Under the pieces are notes generated by a model. That model worked only from the letters and a program-made list of their open reading frames with translations, was not told the DNA's origin and searched no databases. This document shows, in pieces, positions 63,140 through 64,000 of a stretch of 64,000 bases of DNA. This DNA comes from Chrysomallon squamiferum (Eukaryota; Animalia; Mollusca). The position numbers and the translations under genes were made by a program. Positions within the stretch are counted from its first letter, which is position 1. The number at the start of each line of letters is the position of its first letter. The stretch is from assembly GCA_012295275.1 (NCBI GenBank), contig CM022677.1:11904001-11968000 (forward strand). The letters run 5' to 3'.

Positions 63140-63925
63140 ACCCCCAAACCTTAATTCTTACGCAAAGGCTACTTCTAATGATGATGCTAAAATTATTTTT
63201 ATTATTATTATAACATTCATAGTAATATTTACAATATCCCTAACATTGAGCCCTATCTCTAACTCTGACCTAAAACTATTTTCCACACTACCGTAATCCT
63301 AAGTCTAACCCAAACAATAACCCTAATCTTAACCCTAACCTAACCTAACCCTAGCTCAAATTCTAAACCTAATCCTAACTAAGTCCACAACGTGGATTTT
63401 TACATTAACGCTCCTCCTAATGGTGACCCTAAAATTATTTTGCATATTATCGTAACACTGATAATAATCTTTAAATAAACATCACCTTAACCTTACCCTA
63501 ACCCTAAATTAACCCTAACCCTAACCTTAATCCTAACCCTAAGCCTAACCCCGACTCTATCCCTAACACTAATACTAACTCTGATCATAAAACTGTTTTG
63601 CAGATTATCATAAGACTCATAATAAACTTTGAATAATGCTAACACTAACACAAACCCTAATCCTAACCCTAATCCTCATCCTAAAGCTAACCACAGCCGA
63701 AGTTCTAAACCTAATCTTACTCAAGTCCCGATCCTTGATTCTTAACGCTACTTCTAATCGTGAGCCTAAAATTATTTTCCACATTATCATAACCTCATAC
63801 TAAAATTTACATAACCCGAGCCCGAACCCTAACCCAAACCTTAAGCCCTAACTCTGACGCTAAAGAAGTGCCTAACTTTAATTCTTATGCAAAGTCTATT
63901 TCTAACCCTGACCCTAAAACTATTA
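63140..63925. repeat. Degenerate (CCCTAA)n-rich repeat array
   Basis: Runs such as AACCCTAACCCTAACCTTAATCCTAACCCTAAG, punctuated by CTAAAA(T/C)TATTTT at ~63188, 63270, 63429, 63766 and 63914. Confidence 0.85.
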
Positions 63926-64000
63926 TTAAGGTTATTTTATAGATTTTACTTTTTAGTCATTTGACCTACTTAAATATTGTTGTTTTTTTTTTTTTTTTTT

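Overview
AT-rich, microsatellite-dense animal genomic DNA; the 5S sequence suggests a lophotrochozoan invertebrate. I see no intact protein-coding gene and no prokaryotic system. The window is mostly decayed transposons and duplications. Transposons: an Academ-type DNA transposon (2033-5345), two RNase H-bearing I-group LINEs on the minus strand (LINE-A 22346-25350, LINE-B 26881-34990), an RT-less LINE derivative, a Sola-like transposase remnant and a hAT-like TIR element. Other content: one 5S rRNA gene, thrombospondin type 1 (TSP1) and Ig-like pseudo-exons, several minisatellites, and nested direct and inverted duplications. The strongest observation is a ~4.2 kb modular block carrying the 5S gene that interrupts the RNase H coding sequence of LINE-A. 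It is flanked by a 24-29 bp target-like duplication and has 17-bp terminal direct repeats. All alignments and translations were done by eye, boundaries are approximate, and family names rest on remembered motifs rather than database searches.
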